Made by a program: the position numbers and the translations under genes | NCBI GenBank assembly: GCA_934148985.1 | Contig: CAKPDO010000001.1 | Span: forward strand, 20,146-84,145 | Direction of reading: 5' to 3' | DNA from: an uncultured Clostridia bacterium | GTDB taxonomy: Bacteria > Bacillota > Clostridia > TANB77 > CAG-508 | DNA: 64,000 bases | The notes under the pieces: generated by a model | Told to the model about the DNA's origin: nothing | What the model saw: the letters and a program-made list of their open reading frames with translations, nothing else | The model's database searches: none | Part shown: positions 1 to 9,816 of the stretch, one piece after another | How the letters are laid out: every line of letters begins with the position of its first letter | Position numbering within the stretch: position 1 is the stretch's first letter

Positions 1-185
1 AAAAGATTATTGTAAATCCAAAAATTGAAAGACTTCTTGATGAGGTATTTTTGCAGGTGAAAGAAAAAGGAATAGAGCAAGTAATTACTAAAAAAAATGT
101 AAAAACCTTATATCAAAAATATTGTGTAGATGATAAAACAAGCTATACGTATGAGTTACATGGAGAGTGGAAAAAATTAGATTAA
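1..185 (+). CDS. 3' end of an upstream CDS (about 60 aa visible, ...HGEWKKLD*), function unknown; not a transketolase N-terminal subunit
   Basis: Open frame 3 from the window edge, stop codon at 183-185; no recognisable motif. Confidence 0.3.
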   Translation, partial: KIIVNPKIERLLDEVFLQVKEKGIEQVITKKNVKTLYQKYCVDDKTSYTYELHGEWKKLD

Positions 186-222
186 GGGAAAAAGCCCTAA
201 ACGAAAGGAATGTGAGAAAATT

Positions 223-1143
223 ATGAAAGAAGAAAAAAAAGCAACAAGAGAAAGTTATGGTGAAGCACTTGAAAAATTAGGCGAAAAATATAAAGATATT
301 GTAGTTTTTGATGCTGATTTAGCGGGAGCAACAAAGACAATCAATTTTGCAAAAAAATTCCCAGAAAGATTTTTTGACATGGGAATAGCAGAAAGTAATA
401 TGATGAGTACAGCAGCTGGAATGGCAACTACAGGAAAAGTTCCATTTGCAAGTACATTTGCAGTTTTTGCAACAGGAAGAAGCTATGATCAAATTAGAAA
501 TAGTATTTGTTATCCAAATTTAAATGTTAAAATTTGTGGTACTCATTATGGTATAACAGTTGGAGAAGATGGTGCAACACATCAAATGCTAGAGGATATA
601 AGTTTGATGAGGACACTCCCTAACATGAAAGTTTTGAGTCCATCAGATGATACTGAAACAAAGTGGGCAATTGAAGAAGCTTATAAACAAAATGGCCCAG
701 TATATGTAAGACTCTCAAGAATGGCTACACCTATTATTTATGATGAAAATCAAAAATTTGAATTTGGAAAGATGATTCAAATTGGTGATGGAAAAGATGC
801 AACAATTTTCGCAACAGGAGATGTTTTGCCAGAGGCTTTGAAAGCAAAAACTATTTTAGAGGAAAAAGGAATTTTTGTAAGAGTAATTGATGTTCATACA
901 ATAAAACCTATTGATGAAGACATGATTATAAAATGTGCTAAAGAAACAAAAAGACTAATATCAATTGAAGACCATAATATAATAGGAGGCTTAGGTTCAG
1001 CAATTTCTGAGGTTTTAACAAGCAAATTCCCAGCTAAGCTGGAACGTATGGGTATGAATGATGAATTTGGAAGGTCTGGTAAGGCAGAAGAATTGATTAA
1101 GTTTTATCATTTAGATGCTGAGGCAATCGTAAATAAATTTTAG
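223..1143 (+). CDS. transketolase C-terminal (pyrimidine/C-terminal domain) subunit
   Basis: 306 aa; FDMGIAESNMMSTAAGMATTG...THYGITVGEDGATHQ matches the transketolase/DXS pyrimidine-binding domain; RBS GGAATG upstream. Confidence 0.85.
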   Translation: MKEEKKATRESYGEALEKLGEKYKDIVVFDADLAGATKTINFAKKFPERFFDMGIAESNMMSTAAGMATTGKVPFASTFAVFATGRSYDQIRNSICYPNLNVKICGTHYGITVGEDGATHQMLEDISLMRTLPNMKVLSPSDDTETKWAIEEAYKQNGPVYVRLSRMATPIIYDENQKFEFGKMIQIGDGKDATIFATGDVLPEALKAKTILEEKGIFVRVIDVHTIKPIDEDMIIKCAKETKRLISIEDHNIIGGLGSAISEVLTSKFPAKLERMGMNDEFGRSGKAEELIKFYHLDAEAIVNKF

Positions 1144-1145
1144 AA

Positions 1146-1207
1146 TGGCACAAAAAGAACCGGTCCCAATGTGTCATGGCACAAAAAGAACCGGTCCCAA
1201 TGTGCCC
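1146..1207. repeat. 31-bp tandem direct repeat x2 (ATGGCACAAAAAGAACCGGTCCCAATGTG); member of a dispersed AAGAACCGGTCCC repeat family
   Basis: Two near-identical adjacent copies seen directly; the core recurs at about 5441-5560, 27005-27100 and 43958-44015. Confidence 0.8.
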
Positions 1208-1227
1208 AAAATGAAAGGAAGATAGAA

Positions 1228-1692
1228 ATGGAAAAAGTAAGAGGATTTGAAATAGCAAAAGGATTTGAAGAAAAAGGAATAAATTTACCAGAAAGGAAAA
1301 CAAGATGTTCGGCAGCATATGATATAGAAGCAGCTGAAGATGTAGTCGTACCAAGCTTTAAAAAAGGAATGAAACCAACATTAGTTGCAACAGGATTAAA
1401 AGCATATATGCAAGATGATGAAGTATTATATTTGTATGCAAAAAGTTCAGGATTTCCAAAAAAAGGAATTGTATTATCAAATTGTGTTGGTGTAATAGAT
1501 GGAGATTATTATGAAAATGAAACAAATGATGGACATATAATGTTTTCAATAATAAATTTAAAAGATGAAGATTTACATATAAAAAAAGGAGATAGTATAG
1601 GTCAAGCTATGTTTTCAAAATATTTAGTTGCAGATGATGATAATGCAACAGGAGTAAGAAAAGGTGGATTTGGTTCTACAAGTGAAAAATAA
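1228..1692 (+). CDS. dut: dUTP diphosphatase (dUTPase)
   Basis: dUTPase motifs present: AAYDI, GVIDGDY, IGQAMF, RKGGFGSTS. Start chosen at ATG 1228 with RBS GAAAGGAAG; the ORF-track start at 1171 lies inside the repeat and has no RBS. Confidence 0.8.
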   Translation: MEKVRGFEIAKGFEEKGINLPERKTRCSAAYDIEAAEDVVVPSFKKGMKPTLVATGLKAYMQDDEVLYLYAKSSGFPKKGIVLSNCVGVIDGDYYENETNDGHIMFSIINLKDEDLHIKKGDSIGQAMFSKYLVADDDNATGVRKGGFGSTSEK

Positions 1693-1715
1693 ACAGATAA
1701 GAGGAGAAGGTTTTA

Positions 1716-3362
1716 GTGAAAAATTTTTTTGAAAAGATAAAAGAAAAGAGAAATATTATAAGTGAAATTATAATCCTAATATTAATTGCATTTTTTAGTT
1801 TTAGTGTTGCACCTAAAACGTTTCAAAATGATACGTATTACTCTGTTGCAATAGGTAATTTAATAATGGAAAATGGGATTGATATGAAAGACCATTTTTC
1901 ATGGCATGAGGATTTACCATATACATACCCTCATTGGTTAAATGACATATTAATTGCATTTGCTTATAATGTAGGAAACTGGGAAGGAATATATGTTTTA
2001 GTTTGTTTGATGTCAGTAGCACTTGGACTTTCAATATATATTGTAAACAAAAAACTTAATAAAAATCAGTGGGTATCGTTTGCGGTTACAATAGGAGCAA
2101 TGTATTTATTAAAAGATTATGTTGCAGCAAGGGCACAGCTTTCGACATTTATAATATATGCATGGGTAATTTATTTTATAGAAAAATTTATAGAAAATCC
2201 TAAAAAAATAGGATATGGAATAGGAATAATTTTATCATCAATATTAATTGCAAATTTACATGTTGCAGCATGGCCATTTTTATTTATAATAAGCTTACCA
2301 TATATTGCAGAATATATTATTTGCTTAATTGCAGATACTGTAATTTATGAAAAATTATCAATATTACATAAAAAACATTTAATAAAAAAATATAAAAATG
2401 ATGAAGAAAAGAAACAAAAAGTAATTGATGAATTAAACAAAATTGAACTTCAAAATGAAAAAATAAAAGATGTAAGAGAAAAACAAGAACCATATAAATT
2501 AAAAATGAAATTGAATAAAAATGTTAAATGGTTAATTTTGATAATGATAATTTGTTGGTTAACAGGATTTTTAACTCCACTTGGAACAACGCCATATACG
2601 TATTTGGTAAAAACAATGGCTGGAAATACAATGAACAATATAAATGAACATTTACCATTAACACTTGCAAATAATATTCCAATAATGTGCACACTTATAA
2701 TTATTCTTTCACTTTTAATTTTTACAAAATCAAAAATAAGAGTAGCGGATGTATTCATGTTAGGTGGACTTACATATTTAATGTTTTCATCTAGAAGACA
2801 TGCAACTTGGATTGCTATAATTGGTTCTATTATTTTAAATAGAATTATAATGGACACGATAGAAGTTTATAATAAAGAAAAGTTTGAAATATTATTAAAA
2901 CAGATAGTCGGGGTAGTAGGAGCTCTTGTTGCTTGTTTAGCAATATATTATGGTGCTACATTTATAGACAAAAAGAAAAATAATAGTTATGTAAGTGAAA
3001 GCTCATATCCTGTGCAAGCAGCTGATTGGATTTTGGAAAATTTAGATGTAAAAAATATAAAATTATTTAATGAATATAATTATGGTAGTTATTTATTATT
3101 TAGAGGAATACCAGTTTTTATTGATTCAAGAGCAGACCTATATGCTCCGGAATTTAATGGAAAAAATGATATTTTTATAGATTTTATAAATACATCTAAT
3201 TTAGGCAGATATTATGGAAAGACATTTAAAGAATATGGAATAACACACGTTATTTTGTATAAAAACTCTAAAGTGAGTATGATTATTGATGAAACAGAAC
3301 CTGAAAATTATAATAAAATATATTCTGATAAATATTTTGTTATTTATGAGGTTGTAAAATAA
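1716..3362 (+). CDS. polytopic membrane protein, putative PMT/ArnT-like glycosyltransferase (GTG start)
   Basis: 548 aa with about 10 N-terminal TM helices plus a C-terminal soluble domain; strong RBS AAGAGGAGAAGG before GTG 1716. Confidence 0.45.
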   Translation: MKNFFEKIKEKRNIISEIIILILIAFFSFSVAPKTFQNDTYYSVAIGNLIMENGIDMKDHFSWHEDLPYTYPHWLNDILIAFAYNVGNWEGIYVLVCLMSVALGLSIYIVNKKLNKNQWVSFAVTIGAMYLLKDYVAARAQLSTFIIYAWVIYFIEKFIENPKKIGYGIGIILSSILIANLHVAAWPFLFIISLPYIAEYIICLIADTVIYEKLSILHKKHLIKKYKNDEEKKQKVIDELNKIELQNEKIKDVREKQEPYKLKMKLNKNVKWLILIMIICWLTGFLTPLGTTPYTYLVKTMAGNTMNNINEHLPLTLANNIPIMCTLIIILSLLIFTKSKIRVADVFMLGGLTYLMFSSRRHATWIAIIGSIILNRIIMDTIEVYNKEKFEILLKQIVGVVGALVACLAIYYGATFIDKKKNNSYVSESSYPVQAADWILENLDVKNIKLFNEYNYGSYLLFRGIPVFIDSRADLYAPEFNGKNDIFIDFINTSNLGRYYGKTFKEYGITHVILYKNSKVSMIIDETEPENYNKIYSDKYFVIYEVVK

Positions 3363-3373
3363 AAGGAGCGAAA

Positions 3374-4165
3374 ATGGATACAAGACCGATTGGAATATTT
3401 GATTCAGGAATTGGCGGGCTAACGGTTTTAGAAAAGCTAGAAAAAGCTATGCCAAACGAGAAATTTATATATTTAGGTGACACTCTAAATTTTCCTTATG
3501 GAGAAAAAAGTAAAGAAGAAATAATTGGGTTTTCAAAGAAAAATATAGAATATCTAATAGGGCAAGATGTAAAAATGGTTATAATCGCCTGTGGAACAGC
3601 TACGAGTCAAAGTTTGGATGAAATGAAGATAATTTTTAATATTCCAATTGTTGGAATTATTGAACCAACAGTAGATTATGTGAAAGAATTAAATATAAAG
3701 AAAATAGGGGTTATTGCTACGACTGGAACAATTAGAAGCGGAGCATGGGAGAAAAAATTAAAACAAAAAATTCCCAATATAGAAGTTATAAATAAAGCTT
3801 GCCCACTTCTTGCTAGTATTGCTGAAGAAGGAAAAGCAAGGTCGAGAGAAAGCAAGGATGCAGTTCATGAATATATGCAAGTTTTTAAGGAAAATAGTGT
3901 TGATACATTAATACTTGGATGCACACATTATCCTATATATGACGAAATTATCCAAGATGAATTTAAAAATAAAATTGATTTAATAAATACAGGAATGGCT
4001 GTTGCAGAAAAAGTAAAAAAGTATCTAATTGAAAACTGTAAAGAAAATACAAATGAAAGAAAGAAGTCAAAAATAGTAATAACAAAGCAAGAAAAAGATT
4101 TTTGTGTGAGAGCAAAAAATATTTTAAAATCAAGCCAAACGCTTGACATTACTATATTTAACTAA
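3374..4165 (+). CDS. murI: glutamate racemase
   Basis: IGIFDSGIGGLTV ... IIACGTATS ... LGCTHYP motifs; 263 aa. Confidence 0.9.
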   Translation: MDTRPIGIFDSGIGGLTVLEKLEKAMPNEKFIYLGDTLNFPYGEKSKEEIIGFSKKNIEYLIGQDVKMVIIACGTATSQSLDEMKIIFNIPIVGIIEPTVDYVKELNIKKIGVIATTGTIRSGAWEKKLKQKIPNIEVINKACPLLASIAEEGKARSRESKDAVHEYMQVFKENSVDTLILGCTHYPIYDEIIQDEFKNKIDLINTGMAVAEKVKKYLIENCKENTNERKKSKIVITKQEKDFCVRAKNILKSSQTLDITIFN

Positions 4166-4208
4166 TATAATAAATGTTATAAAAATAACAAAATAAAAGG
4201 AGCAATAA

Positions 4209-4865
4209 ATGTCAGACATAAAAAAAGACTTTTTTGATGAAAAATATAATAAGATGACAGATGAAAATTTATTACAAGAAATAACACAAAATCAAAATAA
4301 TATGGCATTAGACTGTCTAATAAACAGATATAAAGATGTAGTCGGAATGAAAGCCAATAAATTTTTTATGGTAGGTTCAGAAAAAGATGATATGTTGCAA
4401 GAGGGCTATATTGGTTTATATAAAGCTGTAAAGTCATTTGATAAAGAAAAGCAAAATTCCTTTAAGACATTTGCTGGACTTTGCATAGAAAGACAAATGA
4501 TAACAGCTGTAAAAAATTCAAACAGACAAAAACATATTCCACTAAATTCATCTTTATCATTAAATTCTGGGGCATATGATGAAGATGACGATACAGAAGT
4601 AATGGAAATTTTAGATACAAGAAAAACTGGAGAAGATCCATTAGACATAGTAACTAAAAAGGAGTATTTTACGGTTGTAGAAAATGCAATAGATGATAGT
4701 TTAAGTGATTTTGAAAAAAAGGTTTTGCAGCATTACAAAAATGGAGAAAGTTATGCAGAAATTGCTCAAAAACTTCAAAGTAAAGTAAAATCAGTAGATA
4801 CAGCTATTCAAAGAATACGAAAAAAAGCAATGAAAATAAAGCAAAAAATAGAAGAAGGAGACTAA
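4209..4865 (+). CDS. sigH: RNA polymerase sporulation sigma factor SigH
   Basis: EGYIGLYKAVKSFDKEKQNSFKTFAGLCIERQMITAVKNSNRQKHIPLNS is near-identical in pattern to Bacillus SigH region 2; region 4 HTH at the C-terminus. Confidence 0.8.
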   Translation: MSDIKKDFFDEKYNKMTDENLLQEITQNQNNMALDCLINRYKDVVGMKANKFFMVGSEKDDMLQEGYIGLYKAVKSFDKEKQNSFKTFAGLCIERQMITAVKNSNRQKHIPLNSSLSLNSGAYDEDDDTEVMEILDTRKTGEDPLDIVTKKEYFTVVENAIDDSLSDFEKKVLQHYKNGESYAEIAQKLQSKVKSVDTAIQRIRKKAMKIKQKIEEGD

Positions 4866-4868
4866 TAA

Positions 4869-5423
4869 ATGAAGGAAGAATTTTTAAAACTACTTAAAAG
4901 CACAAATAGAGAAAACATAGATGAATTAATAGATTTTATAAATAAAACAGACTTTTTTGATGCACCAGCAAGTACACGTTTTCACGGAAGTAGAGAACAT
5001 GGATTAGTAGAACATAGTTTAAAAGTATATGAAATATTAAAAGAAAAAGTAAAATCAGCATGTATAGAAATAAAAACACCTCCTGAATCTGTGATATTAA
5101 TAGCATTACTACATGATTTATGTAAAGCAAATTACTATAAAATAGATTATAGAAATGCTAAAAACGCATTAGGTATATGGGAAAAAGTACCATATTACAC
5201 TGTAGAAGATACAATTCCATATGGACATGGAGAAAAGTCTGTAATGATGATTACTGAATACATAAAACTTACTCCAGAAGAAAAATATGCAATCCGTTGG
5301 CATATGGGATATACAGAGCCTAAAGAACAATATAATACAATAGGACTAGCATTTAGCAAATATCCAATTGCATTATTAACCCATGAGGCTGATTTAGAAG
5401 CAACTTATTTTTTTGATACATAA
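4869..5423 (+). CDS. HD-domain phosphohydrolase
   Basis: 184 aa; RFHGSREHGLVEHSL...LLHDLCK carries the HD motif. Confidence 0.65.
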   Translation: MKEEFLKLLKSTNRENIDELIDFINKTDFFDAPASTRFHGSREHGLVEHSLKVYEILKEKVKSACIEIKTPPESVILIALLHDLCKANYYKIDYRNAKNALGIWEKVPYYTVEDTIPYGHGEKSVMMITEYIKLTPEEKYAIRWHMGYTEPKEQYNTIGLAFSKYPIALLTHEADLEATYFFDT

Positions 5424-5440
5424 TTTCTAAATAAAAATGT

Positions 5441-5560
5441 TCCATTGGGACCGGGTCTTTTTGGAGCATTTTTTTGGACAAAAGAGACTTGGTTTCTTTT
5501 GTTCCTGAGTTTTACATATATATAAGGACAAAAAAGAACCGGTCTCTTTTGTCCTAGCGA
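5441..5560. repeat. composite intergenic repeat/hairpin region with GGGACCGGGTC / AAGAACCGGTCTC cores (same family as 1146-1207)
   Basis: Inverted and direct copies of the palindromic ACCGGT-centred motif between the HD gene and hisS. Confidence 0.7.
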
Positions 5561-5574
5561 GGAGAAAAAATAAA

Positions 5575-6858
5575 ATGAATAAAACAGAACCACGTACACT
5601 TCCAGGGTTTATGGAATTATTACCACAAGACCAAATATTATTTAATCAAATAAAAGAAACAATTAAAAGAAATTACGAAAAATTTGGATTTTTACCACTA
5701 GACACACCAATAATAGAAGATTCTAAAGTATTGCTTGCAAAAGCTGGAGGAGAAACAGAAAAACAAATATATAGATTTAATAAAGGAGATAGTGACCTAA
5801 GTCTAAGATTTGACCTAACTGTTCCTCTTGCAAAATATGTGGCTAAAAATTATGGTGAACTTGCTTTTCCATTTAGAAGATATCAAATAGGAAAAGTATA
5901 CAGAGGAGAAAGACAGCAAAAGGGAAGATATAGAGAATTTTATCAATGTGATATAGATATAATTGGGGATGGAGAATTAAGCATAATAAATGATGCAGAA
6001 CTTCCAAATGTTATTTATCATACATTTACAGAACTTGGATTCGGTGAATTTACAATTTGTATAAATAATAGAAAAATATTAAACGGTTTATTTGAAAGCT
6101 TAAGTTTAAGCAAAGAAGCTTCAGATATTTTGAGAATTATTGATAAAATAGAAAAAATAGGAAAAGATGCTGTAATAGAAGAATTACAAAAAATAAATGT
6201 AGAACAAGAAAAAATTGATAAAATAATGAATTTTATTGCAATTGATGGTTCAAATGATGACAAATTAAAATCTTTAAGCGAACTTGGAATTGAAGCAGAA
6301 AAATTCATTAAAGGATTAGAAGAACTAACAGAAGTTGTAAAATATATGAGGCTATTTGGAATTCCAGAAAGTAACTTTAAGATAGACTTAACGATTGCAA
6401 GAGGGCTAGATTATTACACGGGAACAGTTTATGAGACTTTCCTAAATAAATATAAGAATTTAGGAAGTATTTGCTCTGGAGGAAGGTATGAAAATTTGGC
6501 TGAATATTATACAGATAAAAAACTTCCAGGTGTTGGAATATCTATAGGTCTTACTAGATTATTTTATCAATTAAGTGAAATTAATTTGATAAAATCTGAA
6601 AAAAAGGCTATTTCAGATGTTCTTGTAATTTCAATGACAAATAATTTTGAATATGTTTCTAAAGTTGCAAATAAATTAAGAGAAGAAGGCAAAAATGTTC
6701 AAGTTTATTATGAGGATAAAAAGACTAAAACTAAATTTAAGTATGCAGATAAACTAGAAATTCCTTATACTGTTATTATTGGTGATGATGAAGTCGAAAG
6801 TGGAAGCTACAGCTTAAAAAATATGATTACAGGAGAGCAGGAAATTCAAAAGTTGTGA
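5575..6858 (+). CDS. hisS: histidine--tRNA ligase
   Basis: Class II motifs (FRRYQIGKVYRGERQQKGRYREFYQCDIDIIG) plus a C-terminal anticodon-binding domain; 427 aa. Confidence 0.9.
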   Translation: MNKTEPRTLPGFMELLPQDQILFNQIKETIKRNYEKFGFLPLDTPIIEDSKVLLAKAGGETEKQIYRFNKGDSDLSLRFDLTVPLAKYVAKNYGELAFPFRRYQIGKVYRGERQQKGRYREFYQCDIDIIGDGELSIINDAELPNVIYHTFTELGFGEFTICINNRKILNGLFESLSLSKEASDILRIIDKIEKIGKDAVIEELQKINVEQEKIDKIMNFIAIDGSNDDKLKSLSELGIEAEKFIKGLEELTEVVKYMRLFGIPESNFKIDLTIARGLDYYTGTVYETFLNKYKNLGSICSGGRYENLAEYYTDKKLPGVGISIGLTRLFYQLSEINLIKSEKKAISDVLVISMTNNFEYVSKVANKLREEGKNVQVYYEDKKTKTKFKYADKLEIPYTVIIGDDEVESGSYSLKNMITGEQEIQKL

Positions 6859-6950
6859 TTTTTTGAGAGGAGATACGAGCTTAATGAAAAATGCTCGTAT
6901 CCCTTTTTTATTAAATAGTAAAAATGAAAAAAAGTGACTTCTTCACGAAA

Positions 6951-9320
6951 TCACTTTAATTCCACAACTGTAACACCCATTTCACCTTCACCAAAGCCAC
7001 CAATCCTAAAAGACTTAACTCTTTTATGTTTCTTTAGAAAATTCTGTATAGCAATGCGAAGTTTTCCAGTGCCTTTACCATGGACAATCCTAGCAGTTTG
7101 AATCTTAGCTAAAAAACAGTCATCCAAGAACTTATCCACTAGAGGGATAGCTTCATCTACGGTTAAGCCAATAACATTAATTTCAGAATTTGCAAATCTA
7201 GTTTTACTAACCTTAGGAGTAGAAGAAACTAAAGGTTTTGTCAAATCATTTTTTAAATTTCTAGGCATCTCTAAATATTTAATATTAACATTTGTTTTTA
7301 TAAGACCAATTTGAACTTGAATTTCGTCGTTTTTATTAATTTTTGAAGAACAAATGATGCCATTTTGATTAAGATTTGTAATATAAACTTTTAATCCATC
7401 TTTGATTAAATCACGAGAAATAGGATTAGCGGCTATATTTTCTACAGTATCTTTAATAGATTTTTCTTTAATTGATGTATTTAATTTGTTTCTTAAATTA
7501 TTAAGTTCATCAACAGCACCAGATGTATTTTCAATTTTTTTCATTTCATTAATCAATTTTGAAGCTTCGTCTTTAGCCTCAAGCAAAATATCTCTAGCTT
7601 TAGTTTTAGCATTGTTAATGAGTTCTTGTTCTTGCTCTTTTAATCTAGAATCATCTCTTTGAAGATTTTTCTTAAGGACTTCAATTTGATTTAGATTTTT
7701 TTGAATTTCTTCTTTTTCTTTTTCGATTTGGATTTTATCATCATAAATTTTCTTTAAAAGAGCTTCAATATCGACATCTTGTTTATCCATTAGTGAGCGG
7801 GCATTGTCAATTATTTCTTTATTTATACCTAATTTTTCGCTAATTGCAAATGCATTACTTTTACCTGGAATACCAAGTAAAAGGCGATATGTAGGCTTTA
7901 AGTTTTCAATATCGAATTCTACACTTGCATTTTGAACATCAGGAGTTACAAGAGCATAACGTTTTAACTCTTGATAGTGAGTTGTCGCAATAGTTAAAAT
8001 ATTGTTATTTTTAAAATGTTCTAAAATACTAATTGCAAGATGAGCTCCTTCAATTGGGTCTGTTCCAGAACCTAATTCATCTACTAAGATTAGACTATTT
8101 TCTGTTGCAGTTTTTAAAATATGAGATATATTTATCATATGGCTTGAAAATGTACTAAGAGAGTCAGAAATACTTTGGTCATCTCCAATGTCAGCAAAGA
8201 TTTCATCAAAAACATATATACTAGATTTTTCATCAGCTGGTATATTTAGACCAGAACAAGCCATTAATTCTAATAAGCCAACTGTTTTTAATGTGACAGT
8301 TTTTCCTCCTGTATTTGGACCTGTAATAATAAGCAAAGAAAAATCTTTGCCAATGCTTAAAGATGTTGGAACAACCTTTTCAGCGTCAATCAAAGGATGA
8401 CGAGCATTTATGAATTCGGCAAATTTTTCCTCGTTTATTTTAGGTGTAATTCCCTTTATTGAGCTTGAATATTTAGCTTTTGCAAATATAAAGTCCAATT
8501 TTCCAATTATAGAAACATCTAATTTTATTTCATTAGTATATGCGAAAAGTAAACTACTTAAATTGTATAAAATTTTCTCAATTTCGGCATTTTCATCAAT
8601 TTTTAAATTATTTAATTCATTATTAAATTCAAATACCGCAAGTGGCTCAATAAAAACAGTGGAACCACTTGAAGACATATCATGTACGAATCCTTTTACA
8701 TAAGACCTGTATTCTTGTTTTACAGGGATAACATATCTATCATTTCTTATTGTTACAACATTTTCTTGTATGTATTTTGAATAACTTGATGAGTGTAAAA
8801 TTGTGTTTAATTTTGATTTTATATCTTGCTCAAGTCTTCTTTCACGTCTTCTTATACTTGCAAGTGTATCAGAACTATTATCGGCAATTGTGTTTTCATC
8901 AATAACACATTTTTTAATTCTATCTACTATAGCATGATTTGAGTATAATTGACTGAAATATTCATTTAAATATACAAAATCATCAGTATTTATGAAATAT
9001 GAAAAATATTGTATCAACTCATCTGACATTTCTAAGATGTTCACTACAGATAAAAGTGCTTTAGCTGAGATTAGACTGGAACTTTCAAGTAGTTTTAAAT
9101 AAATTCCAATATCGTCAATTTCAGAAATAGGGGGTGTAGAATTTCTTTCTATTAATCCTACAGCTTCATTGGTTTCGGCTAAAGTTCTTTTGACAATTTC
9201 TTTTTGACCTGATGGCATTAAATTAGATGCAATACTTTTTCCAATGTATGTGTGACAATATGTAGTTAATTTTTCTAAAATTCGGTTGTATTCTAATTTT
9301 TTTAAATATATTTGATTCAT
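6951..9320 (-). CDS. mutS2: endonuclease MutS2 (MutS domain plus C-terminal Smr)
   Basis: Walker A GPNTGGKTVTLK, DELGSGTDPIEG and a C-terminal Smr (VIGLTVDEA...HGKGTG); start placed at MNQIYL with RBS AAAGGA. The ORF-track start at 9362 is upstream. Confidence 0.85.
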   Translation of the reverse strand: MNQIYLKKLEYNRILEKLTTYCHTYIGKSIASNLMPSGQKEIVKRTLAETNEAVGLIERNSTPPISEIDDIGIYLKLLESSSLISAKALLSVVNILEMSDELIQYFSYFINTDDFVYLNEYFSQLYSNHAIVDRIKKCVIDENTIADNSSDTLASIRRRERRLEQDIKSKLNTILHSSSYSKYIQENVVTIRNDRYVIPVKQEYRSYVKGFVHDMSSSGSTVFIEPLAVFEFNNELNNLKIDENAEIEKILYNLSSLLFAYTNEIKLDVSIIGKLDFIFAKAKYSSSIKGITPKINEEKFAEFINARHPLIDAEKVVPTSLSIGKDFSLLIITGPNTGGKTVTLKTVGLLELMACSGLNIPADEKSSIYVFDEIFADIGDDQSISDSLSTFSSHMINISHILKTATENSLILVDELGSGTDPIEGAHLAISILEHFKNNNILTIATTHYQELKRYALVTPDVQNASVEFDIENLKPTYRLLLGIPGKSNAFAISEKLGINKEIIDNARSLMDKQDVDIEALLKKIYDDKIQIEKEKEEIQKNLNQIEVLKKNLQRDDSRLKEQEQELINNAKTKARDILLEAKDEASKLINEMKKIENTSGAVDELNNLRNKLNTSIKEKSIKDTVENIAANPISRDLIKDGLKVYITNLNQNGIICSSKINKNDEIQVQIGLIKTNVNIKYLEMPRNLKNDLTKPLVSSTPKVSKTRFANSEINVIGLTVDEAIPLVDKFLDDCFLAKIQTARIVHGKGTGKLRIAIQNFLKKHKRVKSFRIGGFGEGEMGVTVVELK

Positions 9321-9476
9321 TTTTACCATTCCTTTTATTTTGATATGTATATTATGCCACAAAATTGCTATAAAATCAATAAAAAATTGATAAACCTATT
9401 GACAAAAGAAGAAAAAGAGTGTAAACTATATCCGTATTACAAAAAGAGCCTTGAAACCATATAGGAGGAAAGAAGA

Positions 9477-9797
9477 TTGGAAGAAAAAATACAAATAAGT
9501 ATATTATTAAGCTTGTATGGAAAACTACTGACAGATACTCAACAAAAATATATGGATTTATATTATAATGAAGATTTATCATTGACTGAGATAGGAGAAA
9601 ATGAAAATATCACAAGGCAAGCAGTAAGAACGATACTTGTAAAATCTAAAAATAAATTACAAGAATACGAAAAAGATTTAAAATTTATGCAAAAAGAAAC
9701 AAAAATAAAAGAACAAATTGAAAAATTAGAACAAACCAATATAGATGAAAAACAGAAAAAAATAATAGAAAAAATAAATAAAGAACTAGACTTCTAA
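9477..9797 (+). CDS. ylxM: YlxM/p13-like putative DNA-binding protein (UPF0122), TTG start
   Basis: 106 aa immediately upstream of ffh (conserved synteny); HTH-like LSLTEIGENENITRQAV; RBS ATAGGAGGAA before TTG. Confidence 0.65.
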   Translation: MEEKIQISILLSLYGKLLTDTQQKYMDLYYNEDLSLTEIGENENITRQAVRTILVKSKNKLQEYEKDLKFMQKETKIKEQIEKLEQTNIDEKQKKIIEKINKELDF

Positions 9798-9816
9798 GAT
9801 TAAAGGAGGAAGCAAG

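Noticed and set aside
223-1143. Calling the upstream partial CDS the transketolase N-terminal subunit partner
   Set aside because: The 60-aa C-terminal fragment at 1-185 shows no transketolase features. The partner gene is therefore not adjacent on this side.
1171-1227. ORF-track start of the dUTPase at 1171
   Set aside because: It lies inside the tandem repeat with no RBS. ATG 1228 has RBS GAAAGGAAG and matches the expected dUTPase length.
5430-5574. T-box leader upstream of hisS, and likewise upstream of serS at 29713-29842
   Set aside because: No conserved T-box sequence (AATTAGGGTGGNACCGCG-like) is present, and the serS upstream region is too short. The hisS upstream region is occupied by the dispersed repeat element.
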